A stretch of DNA of 64,000 nucleotides from assembly GCA_963754925.1 (NCBI GenBank), contig CAVWHX010000007.1:1-64000 (forward strand), read 5' to 3'. Under the pieces are notes generated by a model. The model worked only from the letters and a program-made list of their open reading frames with translations. It did not search any database and had not been told where the DNA came from. The translations under genes were made by a program, and so were the position numbers. Of the stretch, positions 49,935-59,765 are shown one piece after another. Positions within the stretch are counted from its first letter, which is position 1; each line of letters begins with the position of its first letter. Origin of the DNA: an uncultured delta proteobacterium (GTDB taxonomy: Bacteria > Myxococcota > B64-G9).

Positions 49935-51116
49935 ATGCCTCCTATGATTGAAACCCCTTCTCCGTGGAACAGATATCGGAGATACGCTTTCCCCGTCTTA
50001 TGGCTTTTGTTGATCGTCGGGATGGTGTTGGTAAGCGATGTCCTCGCACCCTTTATCGGCGCGGTGCTCCTTGCCTATCTCTTGTCGCCATTGGTCCGTC
50101 GATTGACCGCGCTTAGGATTAGCCGTTTTCATATGCCACGGTGGGTGGCGGTACTCTTCATTTACACCATGCTGGTACTAACCGTAACGATATACGGGGT
50201 ATTGGCGGTTCCTCGGCTCGCCGCTGAATTCCGCAATCTTGTCCGTGAGGGTGAAAATTATATCGTGTCACTTACCCCCGAAAAGATAGCGCAGCTGACG
50301 CTCGAAGCGAAACAGTTCCTTGATGAACACGATATTCCAATCAAGATAGTATCACCGGCCATCCCCAGAGAAAATGATGAGGATAAACCAGGTCTTATCG
50401 TCAATCTTGAGGATACGATACGTGAGAATGTCAGTAAGCTCGCTGATGCGCTTCGCGAAAACTTTTTAGCCTATCTCAAACTTGGACCAGCATTTGCCGT
50501 CAATGCGTTTCAAAAAGTATTCATGGCTTTTTTAATCCTTATGGTGGCGGCTTTTTTGCTTGTCGATCCCGATCGTCCGTTTCGTTTTTTCCGCCGCCTA
50601 TTGCCAATTCAGTTTCATTCCGGATTTGACGAACTGATCAAAGAGATCGATTCTCGGCTTGCAGGCGTCGTTCGTGGACAGGTATTGATCTGTCTTATCA
50701 ATGGGCTGCTGACGTTCATCGGTTTGTATTTCGTTTTTAATGTTAACTTTGCCTTCATGCTGTCTACGTTGGCGGCGGTGATGAGCTTGGTGCCGATCTT
50801 CGGTTCTATTCTCTCTTCCCTGCCAATTGTCGCCGTTGCGCTGACCGGAGGTCTGAGCACCGGCGTGGGCACGCTGCTTTGGATAATCGGCGTTCACCTT
50901 CTTGAGGCCAACGTCCTCAATCCGAAGATCATGGGTGCACAGGCCCGAATTCATCCTGCCCTCGTCGTGTTGGTACTGCTGGTTGGCGAGCATTTCTATG
51001 GCGTGGTCGGCGCGCTGTTCGCAGTACCGATACTTTCGGTTCTGCTTGGGTGTTATGGCATGCTTCAGCATAAAGCAAGTCAGTGGAATGATGAGTACTA
51101 TCAAGCATCAAAGTGA
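49935..51116 (+). CDS. AI-2E (PerM/UPF0118) family transporter
   Basis: LAYLLSPLV, VRGQ, SLVPIFG, LEANVLNPKIMG, IHP, GALFAVP. Confidence 0.92.
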   Translation: MPPMIETPSPWNRYRRYAFPVLWLLLIVGMVLVSDVLAPFIGAVLLAYLLSPLVRRLTALRISRFHMPRWVAVLFIYTMLVLTVTIYGVLAVPRLAAEFRNLVREGENYIVSLTPEKIAQLTLEAKQFLDEHDIPIKIVSPAIPRENDEDKPGLIVNLEDTIRENVSKLADALRENFLAYLKLGPAFAVNAFQKVFMAFLILMVAAFLLVDPDRPFRFFRRLLPIQFHSGFDELIKEIDSRLAGVVRGQVLICLINGLLTFIGLYFVFNVNFAFMLSTLAAVMSLVPIFGSILSSLPIVAVALTGGLSTGVGTLLWIIGVHLLEANVLNPKIMGAQARIHPALVVLVLLVGEHFYGVVGALFAVPILSVLLGCYGMLQHKASQWNDEYYQASK

Positions 51117-51133
51117 TGAGGGGCGTAGCGACC

Positions 51134-52801
51134 TTATTTTTTGAGTTCGATATCTACATTAAGCACATCACCGCTTCTGACATGAACATCCTGTTTGTAT
51201 GGTTTTCTTCCCGATAGCATGACCCGCAGCATATGGGAATCGTTGGCGCTCACACCGTCTACGAGCAAGGGAGTCTTTCCAGGCACTTCGTTTCCATCAA
51301 GCTCGACGGTCGCGCCTGATGGAACCGTGGTTATATAGATCCATCCACAACCGGCCATGCATTTGTCATGAGGTTGAGCGCCCTTTTCCGATGCCGATTC
51401 TTGCGGCACCGTATGGTTAGTATCAGATGCCTCCTTTGTTGCTGGAGAGTTAACCGTAGGTTTCTCCCCAATTAACACCGGGGCACCCTCTCGTGGCGCA
51501 TGCTGATCGAGGTCGTCGGCATTCTGGGTTGTGCCCGTGTTCAAATTTTTTCCATCCGACTCCCCTAACGTCCAGCGTCCAATCAGGTACCAACCCAGCA
51601 ACCCTCCTATGGCCGTCGCCGTTAGAACACCGCCCACTACCCGCAACCAAGCGGGAACCAAGGACCAGTCCAACTTTTTTTTGGGGACGGAGGCAGCCTC
51701 GGAGGACTTGGCCGAATCCACACACGGCTTGGGCAGTTCCGGCTGCCACGTCCGGCCACTGCCTCCTTGTGAACCCTTGAAGGGACCGTGGGATCGTGCG
51801 TTCGATGATTCCTGAGATGCGGCATCGACTCCGTCGGGTGGATGTTCTCCGTGCTCTGTCCTCCAAAAGGCTGCGGGATCTAAGAGAGAGGGATTTCGAT
51901 CTGGTTCCCGAACAGACAGAGCAGGTTGCTCAGATCGTTCCAAAAAGCCGGCTCCTTTGGCCCGTTGTTGCAAGAAACGTTTCAAGCCATCAATGGGATC
52001 GATCACGCCTTCCTCTTGAAGAAAAGCATTCAACGCCTCCAAGAGATCCCTTGATTGGCCAAACCGGCGTGTCCGATCGGGATTAAGGCACGTCGCAAGT
52101 ATCGATCGAAGATGATCAGAAACCGTTTCCGGCAGATCTTCAAGGGATGCAACCGCATAGGCCCCCTCGGTGCTTTTTGAAACAATGCCGCCGCAGAGAA
52201 GCGCCTTCAACATGCATCCGAGCGAGTAACCATCAGCGCGCTCATCCGGTTTGAGACCGGTAAGAACTTCTGGATCAAACCAGGATGATGCCGTCGGCCC
52301 GTTGAACCACCGGACGACATCACCAAGCAAGAGATGCAATCCAAAATCTTTTATTTTGACGATTCCGGTGGAGGTTATCCAGAGGTGCTGAGGCATAAGG
52401 GCTCCGTGCGGAAGCCCGATGATGCCTGCCGCAGTCAAGCCACGTGCCGCTTGTTCGATGACCATCGCCGCCGGTAGTGGAGGAAAGGTTAATCGACCAA
52501 GAAGACTCATCAGCGTCACATGACGGGGGTATTCCGTCACCACATACAATCCGGTGCGATCGACACCAGTTTCAATGATTTTTAGGAGGTTGGGAGCATC
52601 CACGGCGGACAGATTATTGCTCGTTTCGATAAAGGCGCGCACCCCATGGTGCTCGAACGTCACCTCAGGGCTCAGTCGTTTTAACAGCAGTTGAGGGGCC
52701 TCGGTGTCGGTCTGTAATCGCACCAGTTGAGTTACGAACGGGCCATCGCGCCCGAGCTCTTTCTCGGAACAGTATCTATCTGATACGTCACCGTTACTCA
52801 T
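51134..52801 (-). CDS. Ser/Thr pseudokinase with TM helix and PEGA domain
   Basis: Kinase fold with HGALMPQH replacing HRDxxxxN, DFG retained; TM helix; TVPSGATVELDG...GKTP. Confidence 0.82.
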   Translation of the reverse strand: MSNGDVSDRYCSEKELGRDGPFVTQLVRLQTDTEAPQLLLKRLSPEVTFEHHGVRAFIETSNNLSAVDAPNLLKIIETGVDRTGLYVVTEYPRHVTLMSLLGRLTFPPLPAAMVIEQAARGLTAAGIIGLPHGALMPQHLWITSTGIVKIKDFGLHLLLGDVVRWFNGPTASSWFDPEVLTGLKPDERADGYSLGCMLKALLCGGIVSKSTEGAYAVASLEDLPETVSDHLRSILATCLNPDRTRRFGQSRDLLEALNAFLQEEGVIDPIDGLKRFLQQRAKGAGFLERSEQPALSVREPDRNPSLLDPAAFWRTEHGEHPPDGVDAASQESSNARSHGPFKGSQGGSGRTWQPELPKPCVDSAKSSEAASVPKKKLDWSLVPAWLRVVGGVLTATAIGGLLGWYLIGRWTLGESDGKNLNTGTTQNADDLDQHAPREGAPVLIGEKPTVNSPATKEASDTNHTVPQESASEKGAQPHDKCMAGCGWIYITTVPSGATVELDGNEVPGKTPLLVDGVSANDSHMLRVMLSGRKPYKQDVHVRSGDVLNVDIELKK

Positions 52802-53475
52802 GACTTCTGAATCCTGTTGAGAAACTCCTGCTCGGCCTCGGCCGCTTCCTTTGCAAGCATACGGGCCCGAATATTATGCTCCTGAACAAGCCGAGGAGCC
52901 CAAACTAAATCAACCAGCCAAGAAACAGCCACCGCCACGAGCCCCCACGACGAGCCTTGGTACAGATAGTACGCGACTCCCGTGGCCGAGAGGAGCATCA
53001 GCATGATGCCGAGTTGTGTGTTCCCCGCGTAGAGACTTCCCAGGCCAAGTCCCGGCACGGCCGCGCCGCACCACGCAAGCCATAGAGAACGAACGCGCGT
53101 TTGTTGCGGGCTTACCAGTCCACGCGATCGTGAAAATACCGTTTCGTGCCGAAAAAATCTCCCCTCGTCCTCGTCGTCTTCCTCATGCTCATCGGCCATC
53201 ATTGCGGAAGCGGCCGCTGCTCGAGGGAAACGGTCGGCAGCAGACGCGGGTGACGCTTTCGTTTCATTGAAAAAAATCTCCTGCGCCTGTCGCAAGGTTT
53301 TTTCGGCCTCGTCTTTCCAATCTGTCGGAACCAGCACTATCATTTCATCCTGCGGTCCCCGCGCGGTTCGATGGGGAATGTCATGCTCGCGCAAGGTAGC
53401 GGGCAGCAACTCGCACTCCATGGCGTTTCGGCAAATCGCAACTACTTCAAAAACGAGGTCTGGGTTCTCACTCAT
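52798..53475 (-). CDS. Membrane protein (DUF2007-like N-terminus, TM2-like PGLGxxY region)
   Basis: LREHDIP...VLVP; VPGLGLGSLYAG and hydrophobic helices; 4-nt overlap with the pseudokinase. Confidence 0.65.
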   Translation of the reverse strand: MSENPDLVFEVVAICRNAMECELLPATLREHDIPHRTARGPQDEMIVLVPTDWKDEAEKTLRQAQEIFFNETKASPASAADRFPRAAAASAMMADEHEEDDEDEGRFFRHETVFSRSRGLVSPQQTRVRSLWLAWCGAAVPGLGLGSLYAGNTQLGIMLMLLSATGVAYYLYQGSSWGLVAVAVSWLVDLVWAPRLVQEHNIRARMLAKEAAEAEQEFLNRIQKS

Positions 53476-53652
53476 GAGCGCTTTTTATCATACCATTGGG
53501 TTGCAGAATCGGCGTTATATGTTTTGGTACGCCGTTGCAATGCTTTGACGTCATCATACCTCAATTTTCGCTTTGCGCTTTCAATTTTATGGTGACAGTC
53601 GTAACCTGGTTATGCTACCGTGCGGTCGCTCAAAGGATGGAAGATCGTAACC

Positions 53653-55161
53653 ATGTCAAACGCCAACGTTGAAGCGGTTCCGACTTATTCGGGAGATCTC
53701 TTTCAGGTCAGTATTCCGAAGCTTCTTTTTCACTTTTTTGCCAGTGGTTCAAATGGCCGACTGACGCTTTCACAAGAAAAGACGATAAAAGAGATGTATC
53801 TGGCTCAGGGCAGACCGATAGCCGTTTTGTCCAACCTGCCCCATGAACACCTGAGCAACTATTTGTTCGGCAAGGGTATTCTCACTCCTGAACTGCTCAA
53901 AAAGGTACTAGCCGAGACAGACAATCAGGACGATCGCGTGGGTGACGCAATCCTCCGCGAGAATTTGATGAGTTCACATGAGTTATTCGAGCACCTTCGG
54001 CGCCATGTGCTCGAAAAGATTTACGACCTCTTCCGTTGGCGCACCGGTCAGTACGCATTCTACCAAGGACAAACCTACGCAGGCATCGCCGAAGCAACCG
54101 ATCTTGATCCCTGGCAAATCTTAACCGTCGGGGTGCGCCAGGGATACCAGGGTGATGAACTGCACACGCTGCTTGCGCCGCTGCGCCATCGTACGCTTAC
54201 GGTCAAGAACAACCCGCACGTCAGTCTTGGCCAGCTCGGCCTCTTGCCGTCGGAGCTCAAGGTGTTCAAATCGATTACTGATGCGAGCACGCTGGATGGT
54301 TTGCTCAGGTTATTAGGGGGCTCGGGCGAACGCGATAAGATCGTCCTTGCGGCGACCTACCTGGCTCACGAACTGGACTTGCTCGATGTTGGTCCGGAGT
54401 CGCAGCAGCTTGAGACCAGACCTAACCAGCCGGCCGAGACGACGCTCCCCGACCAACGGGAGCAGGAATTTCAACAGAAGCTCGTGCAACTTAAAGAGCA
54501 AAATTACTTTGAACGACTTGGACTCGATCGCTCGGCCACCTCGACGACCGTCGCCAAGGCCTTCATGAAGAGCGCGCGAACCTATCATCCGGATCAAATT
54601 CCGCTGGCTGCGCCGCCTATCGTCAAACAGTACGCGGCGGAAATTTTTTCCTTACTCAATGAGGCGCAACTGACCTTGAGCAATGATGCAAAACGAAAAA
54701 GTTACCTGCAAGCCATTGAATCAGGCAAAGCGACCGATCAAGTCGATGTCAACAATATCCTTCAGGCCGAAATGCTGTTTTCAAAGGCCGAAACTATGAC
54801 CAAAGCGTCGAGATTTCAGGCGGCGGTCGAGTTACTCGATCAGGCTCTCAAGCTCAATCCCGAGGAAGGAGAATTCCTGGTGTATCGAGGATACGCCAGC
54901 TTTTTCGCTAACCCCCAGCCCAGCCCGAACCATAAGGATTCTTGCATTCAGATGATTAATCAGGGTATGAAGATGCGCCATGATTCTCTCGCGAATGGAT
55001 ATTACTTCACCGGTTTGATTTACAAAGCTTCACGAGACGAAGAGTTATCTAAGGATATGTTTCAGAAGGCTCTTTCACTCGATCGCAACCATATTGAATC
55101 AGCGCGGGAATTGCGCCTCTTGGAGATGCGTAGGGAGAAGAAAGGGCCTCGTAAAAAGTAA
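53653..55161 (+). CDS. DUF4388-like, DnaJ and TPR domain protein
   Basis: GDL...NGRLTL...LFRWRTGQYAF; NYFERLGL...YHPD; C-terminal TPRs. Confidence 0.85.
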   Translation: MSNANVEAVPTYSGDLFQVSIPKLLFHFFASGSNGRLTLSQEKTIKEMYLAQGRPIAVLSNLPHEHLSNYLFGKGILTPELLKKVLAETDNQDDRVGDAILRENLMSSHELFEHLRRHVLEKIYDLFRWRTGQYAFYQGQTYAGIAEATDLDPWQILTVGVRQGYQGDELHTLLAPLRHRTLTVKNNPHVSLGQLGLLPSELKVFKSITDASTLDGLLRLLGGSGERDKIVLAATYLAHELDLLDVGPESQQLETRPNQPAETTLPDQREQEFQQKLVQLKEQNYFERLGLDRSATSTTVAKAFMKSARTYHPDQIPLAAPPIVKQYAAEIFSLLNEAQLTLSNDAKRKSYLQAIESGKATDQVDVNNILQAEMLFSKAETMTKASRFQAAVELLDQALKLNPEEGEFLVYRGYASFFANPQPSPNHKDSCIQMINQGMKMRHDSLANGYYFTGLIYKASRDEELSKDMFQKALSLDRNHIESARELRLLEMRREKKGPRKK

Positions 55162-55178
55162 TGGGGCGGAGGTGAGAG

Positions 55179-56414
55179 ATGAAGAAATTGAAGGCAATGT
55201 CCCGAAAAGAGCTTCTCGAGCTCGCGCGGGCTCGGGAATTGACCGGATACTCAAGTCTCAATAAATTGGAACTCGCAGCACTACTCGCAAAAAATGTTTC
55301 TAGCTCTAAATCCGAAGCGGTGCTGCCGCAACGAACCAGGTCCCGCACGGTCCCCAGAAAGTCCTCTTCCCCCAAAACCGCCACTCTCCCGCTGGCCACG
55401 ACCGCTGTCGATTTGCCCGCGGCCTATCGTGATGGACGTTTTGTTTTACTGACCCGTGATCCGTTCTGGCTGTATTGCTACTGGGACCTTACTCCCCCTC
55501 AAGAAAAAAAGCTTTGGGCTGGCGAAAACCCGACCCTCCGACTCGTCGAGATTGTCAATCACGAGCAGGAACGTGAACTCAAGCGGTTTGTCCTTTCGCG
55601 CGGGGCTCGCAGTTGGTACCTTCAAGTCGACACGTCGCACAAGTCGTTCCGAGCTGAGCTTGGCCACGTCGACAACCGTGGTCAGTTTGAGTCCGTGGCC
55701 AAGTCCAACGTAACGGACACGCCGCGGGAAACCGTGTCGCCGAATGTGGAAACCCAATTCGCTACGGTACCTCCTCCCCCACCCGCAGCCGGTACTGCCC
55801 CACCGGCGATCACCCGCGGTAGCATGGCTCCCGGTGATCCTACCGTAGGCGAGCGCTCTTCTCGGTCAGAGACATCCTCCGGCAAACCATCATCGCGGGC
55901 GGCATCTTCTCGCCCTGCTTCTACCCAGGAGCGCCGCCTTCGCCCGTATCCTGCTCCGGCGTTACAACCGGTAAGTCCCGCTACCGCTGAGCGCTTTTAC
56001 CAATACTCGGCGGGGGTTCCATCCAAGCAGGTTCGGAGCAGCAATTCAGCCGAAGCCGTGTGGGAACAACAAGAACGACTTGGTCCGCAATTGTTTTCAG
56101 AGGTGCTCCTGTCCGCCACCATCGGGGGGGAGAAATTCCTCCCGGGCAGCCTCTCGCCGGAGAGGGTGACGGCTTTGGGAAAAGATTATTGGCTGGTCGT
56201 CGACACCGATTTGATTGTCTACGGCGCAACGATACCCGGCTCACGAGTCAGCATCCTTGAAACGCCGGTTACGGTCGATGCAGAAGGTCATTTTTCAGCC
56301 CGTTTTACGCTTCCGAACGGCCTGCGTGACATTCCCATCGAGGGATCCTCGCCAGACCAGAAAATTCTCAAAGGAGCGCGTATTCGGGTAGAACGCGCCA
56401 CCTCGCAATGGTAG
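55179..56414 (+). CDS. DUF4912-domain protein with Rho-N-like N-terminus
   Basis: ELLELAR...YSSLNKLEL; LPAAY...LLTRDPFWLYCYWD; SWYL; KSN...TP; YWLVVDTDLIVYGAT. Confidence 0.85.
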   Translation: MKKLKAMSRKELLELARARELTGYSSLNKLELAALLAKNVSSSKSEAVLPQRTRSRTVPRKSSSPKTATLPLATTAVDLPAAYRDGRFVLLTRDPFWLYCYWDLTPPQEKKLWAGENPTLRLVEIVNHEQERELKRFVLSRGARSWYLQVDTSHKSFRAELGHVDNRGQFESVAKSNVTDTPRETVSPNVETQFATVPPPPPAAGTAPPAITRGSMAPGDPTVGERSSRSETSSGKPSSRAASSRPASTQERRLRPYPAPALQPVSPATAERFYQYSAGVPSKQVRSSNSAEAVWEQQERLGPQLFSEVLLSATIGGEKFLPGSLSPERVTALGKDYWLVVDTDLIVYGATIPGSRVSILETPVTVDAEGHFSARFTLPNGLRDIPIEGSSPDQKILKGARIRVERATSQW

Positions 56415-56489
56415 GAGCTAGTCACGAACGGCCTACCAGAAAGGTCTAACGCCGGTGGCGAAGGCACACGGGGAGATCGCGGCGCCGGA

Positions 56490-58079
56490 CAACTTGCGCT
56501 GGTTCTCCACGCTCACCTGCCCTTTGTGCGGCATCCCGAACATGAACGTTTCCTGGAAGAAGATTGGCTCTATGAGGCGATCGGCGAATGCTACCTGCCG
56601 TTGCTGGACGTCTTCTTTGGTTTAGTTAACGACGACGTTCCGTTTCAACTAACCCTGGTACTTACCCCAACATTGTTAGCGATGCTGTCCGATACATTGC
56701 TCATTCAGCGCATGGTGCATCACTTCGACCGGTTGCTGGAGCTTGCCGAACGGGAGGTGCTGCGCACCCGCACCGACGAACGGTTTCACCCCTTGGCGCT
56801 CTTTTATCGCGACCACTTCCAGCGCTACCGATCGCTCTTTCAGAACACCTTTCAGTGTGATCTGGTGCGAGCGTTTCGAATGCTTGCGGCCACCGGTCGA
56901 GTGGAGTTGATTACCTCGGCCGCGACCCACGCGTTCCTCCCGCTGCACGCACGCCAACCCGGCGCTGTGAGAGCGCAACTGCGCACCGCGGTGGCAGAGC
57001 ACCAACGGCTCCTCGGCGAGCCGCCATCGGGCATTTGGCTGCCGGAGTGCGGTTACTATGAGGGCTTGGAAGAGATCGTGGCCGACTGCGGCCTCAGCTA
57101 CTTTTTCTGCGATGCGCATGGGTTACTGTTCGGCAATCCGCGCCCGCAATTTGGGGTCTATGCCCCGATCTTTTGTCCCAACGGCGTCGCAGCGTTCGGT
57201 CGCGATCTCACCACCTCACGACAAGTATGGAGCTCGATTGAAGGCTACCCCGGCGATCCGGAGTACCGGGAATTTTATCGCGATATCGGATTCGATCTCG
57301 ATTTGGACTATATTCGACCCTATATCGAGCCGACCGGCAAAAGGAAAACCACCGGTTTTAAGTACTACCGCATCACCGGCCACACCGAGGATAAGCTTCC
57401 CTATCGCCCGACAGATGCTCGCCAGCGCGCACAGGTACACGCCGCCCATTTCCTGTCCGAGCGCATCAAACAGTTTTCAACGCTCACCAAGGATCTGTCC
57501 GCGCTCACGCCGATTGTGGTGGCGCCCTACGACGCCGAGTTGTTCGGACACTGGTGGTTTGAGGGGCCGCTTTTTCTCGATGCGCTGTTTCGAAAAGCGG
57601 CAGCGGCTCCCGGTGTGCAGTTTTGCACCCCCTCACGGTATCGGGCGCACCACAACACCTTGCAGATTGTGCAGCCAGCGCTTTCAAGTTGGGGTCAGCA
57701 CGGGTACAGCGAGGTCTGGCTCAATCAAACCAACGATTGGATATATCCCCATCTCTACTGGGCCGCGGCCGAGATGATCGCGTTAGTCAACCGGTTTCCC
57801 AACGCCACCGGGATAACCCGGCGCGCTCTCAACCAAGCCGGCCGCGAACTGATGCTCGCTCAATCCAGCGACTGGGCCTTCATCATTAACATGGGCACCA
57901 TGGTCGATTACGCGGTGCGCCGCACCAAGGAGCACCTCCTGGCATTTCGCCTTCTACGGGAAGGGCTCCGTGCGGGAAAAATCGATCGCGCCCGCCTTCA
58001 GGAATTGGAAGCGCGTCATAATTTATTTCCGGAATTCGACTACCGCTACTACCGTGACAATCACGGATCATCCACCTGA
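56490..58079 (+). CDS. GH57 family 1,4-alpha-glucan branching enzyme (DUF1957); true start is upstream and obscured by a probable indel
   Basis: LVLHAHLPFVRHP, WLPECGY, PYDAELFGHWWFEG, LAQSSDWAF. Confidence 0.93.
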   Translation, partial: QLALVLHAHLPFVRHPEHERFLEEDWLYEAIGECYLPLLDVFFGLVNDDVPFQLTLVLTPTLLAMLSDTLLIQRMVHHFDRLLELAEREVLRTRTDERFHPLALFYRDHFQRYRSLFQNTFQCDLVRAFRMLAATGRVELITSAATHAFLPLHARQPGAVRAQLRTAVAEHQRLLGEPPSGIWLPECGYYEGLEEIVADCGLSYFFCDAHGLLFGNPRPQFGVYAPIFCPNGVAAFGRDLTTSRQVWSSIEGYPGDPEYREFYRDIGFDLDLDYIRPYIEPTGKRKTTGFKYYRITGHTEDKLPYRPTDARQRAQVHAAHFLSERIKQFSTLTKDLSALTPIVVAPYDAELFGHWWFEGPLFLDALFRKAAAAPGVQFCTPSRYRAHHNTLQIVQPALSSWGQHGYSEVWLNQTNDWIYPHLYWAAAEMIALVNRFPNATGITRRALNQAGRELMLAQSSDWAFIINMGTMVDYAVRRTKEHLLAFRLLREGLRAGKIDRARLQELEARHNLFPEFDYRYYRDNHGSST

Positions 58080-58085
58080 CCCGTT

Positions 58086-59741
58086 TCACCCCTCCGCCGC
58101 CGCCTCGGTGTTTCCGGCGAAGCGAGCACGGCACGCGCGCCGCTCGGCGGCCCGGCGACCATCGTCCCACCCGCGGCGTGCGCCGATGAAATCCAGCACT
58201 CGATCGAGCGCCGCCTCTCCTGGATGGCCACGGCTGCCGATGGCGGTTCGCCGAAAAAGAACGTCCGTGGCTGAGCACGCCCACTCGGACTGAAGCGCCT
58301 GTTCGACCTCGGCCAGAATTTCGGGTTGATCGCCCACTACCCGCTCTGCCAGCTGAGGATTATTGCGGACCAGATCGAGCACCTGAGTATGACGCGCGCC
58401 ATAGGTGTCGATCAGGTGGTTGAGAACATCTGCCGGCAGCAATGAGCGGGCCGCATCGACACCCGCTCGTCGATATTCTGAAAACGAACCCGCCACCCCG
58501 CCCGGCAGAAGAGTTGCTCCCGTTGCGCAATCGACCGGCGCGCGTCCGAGCCGAGCGAGAATTCTATCGACCAGTTTACGCGCCAAATTGCGGCTGGTGG
58601 TGTATTTGCCGCCGATGGCCGTGAAATATCCGCTCGCGCCCCGATGATGATGGTCGACGATCTCGTACTTGCGCGAGGCTTGATAGACCTGTGTGTCTTG
58701 CTCGACCAAGGGCCGCACCCCGGCGTAGCGGAACCGCACATCGGCTCGTTCGAGGTGCGCCGCAGGATAGGCCGCATTGATCTCGGCCAGAAAATGCCCA
58801 ATATCCTCTTCGGTTGCCGACAAGCTTGCCAGGTCGCCTTGGTATTCCGTGTCGGTCGTGCCAATGAGGCTCAACCCGCGCCAGGGAACGATAAAAAAAT
58901 GGCGCCCCGTCGGGGTGAGCAGGACGACGGCATGGTTGCGACTCAGAGAACGGGTGATGAGGTGGATGCCTTTGGAGCGCTTGAGAACGACCCCGTCGCC
59001 GACGCCGCAGAGCGCGTCGACGGCGTCGGCCCAGGGCCCGGCCACATTTGCCACCGCGCGGGCGCGCACCGCGATCGACGTATTGCTCAGACGATCGACA
59101 AGGCCGATTTGGTCAACGCGTCCCGAACGACACGCGAGTTCGCTCACGGCAAGGTAATTGTGCACCGACGCTCCGCGTAGGGCGGCTGCGAGAATAAACT
59201 CAAGACACAGCCGTTCCGGCTCGCACTGGCAGTCGTAATACACCGCTCCCCCCGTGAGACCATTTGGATTGACGTGCGGTTCTTGATCGAGAACCTGAGC
59301 CGGAGAAAGCATCCGGTGGCGCGGAATCCGTCGTTCGGGATCCGGAATGTTCGCGCGATCGAACGAGAGCGCGTCGTACGCGAGCATGCCGGCCAGAATC
59401 AGGAGGCGCCGATTGGCACCGGTGCGATAGGTGGGAATGAGAAACGGCAGCGGCCGCACCAAATGCGGGGCGATGACCTGAAAATAACGCCGTTCGCGCA
59501 GGCTTTCACGCACCAAACCAACCTCCGCGTTTTTAAGATAGCGCAGCCCGCCGTGAATCAATTTTGAGGAGGCAGAGGTCGTCGCCGAACCAAAATCCGA
59601 ACGCTCCGCCAGCAACACCTTGAGTCCGCGCAGGGTGGCATCCCATGCCACCGCCGCGCCGGTTATCCCGCCGCCGATGACCAACAGGTCGAATACTTCC
59701 CGCTCAAGTTTGCTCAGATCGCGCTCGTTTGCGTATGCCAC
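58086..59741 (-). CDS. glpD: FAD-dependent glycerol-3-phosphate dehydrogenase/oxidase
   Basis: IGGGITG, SSKLIHGGLRYL, GTTDT, AGVRPL, GGKYTT. Confidence 0.9.
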   Translation of the reverse strand: MAYANERDLSKLEREVFDLLVIGGGITGAAVAWDATLRGLKVLLAERSDFGSATTSASSKLIHGGLRYLKNAEVGLVRESLRERRYFQVIAPHLVRPLPFLIPTYRTGANRRLLILAGMLAYDALSFDRANIPDPERRIPRHRMLSPAQVLDQEPHVNPNGLTGGAVYYDCQCEPERLCLEFILAAALRGASVHNYLAVSELACRSGRVDQIGLVDRLSNTSIAVRARAVANVAGPWADAVDALCGVGDGVVLKRSKGIHLITRSLSRNHAVVLLTPTGRHFFIVPWRGLSLIGTTDTEYQGDLASLSATEEDIGHFLAEINAAYPAAHLERADVRFRYAGVRPLVEQDTQVYQASRKYEIVDHHHRGASGYFTAIGGKYTTSRNLARKLVDRILARLGRAPVDCATGATLLPGGVAGSFSEYRRAGVDAARSLLPADVLNHLIDTYGARHTQVLDLVRNNPQLAERVVGDQPEILAEVEQALQSEWACSATDVLFRRTAIGSRGHPGEAALDRVLDFIGARRGWDDGRRAAERRACRARFAGNTEAAAEG

Positions 59742-59765
59742 CGCATTCTCCTTACCTGCGCAAAT

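Noticed and set aside
53524..53539. Sigma54 promoter TGGTACGCCGTTGCA
   Set aside because: GG-to-GC spacing is 9 nt, not the required 10
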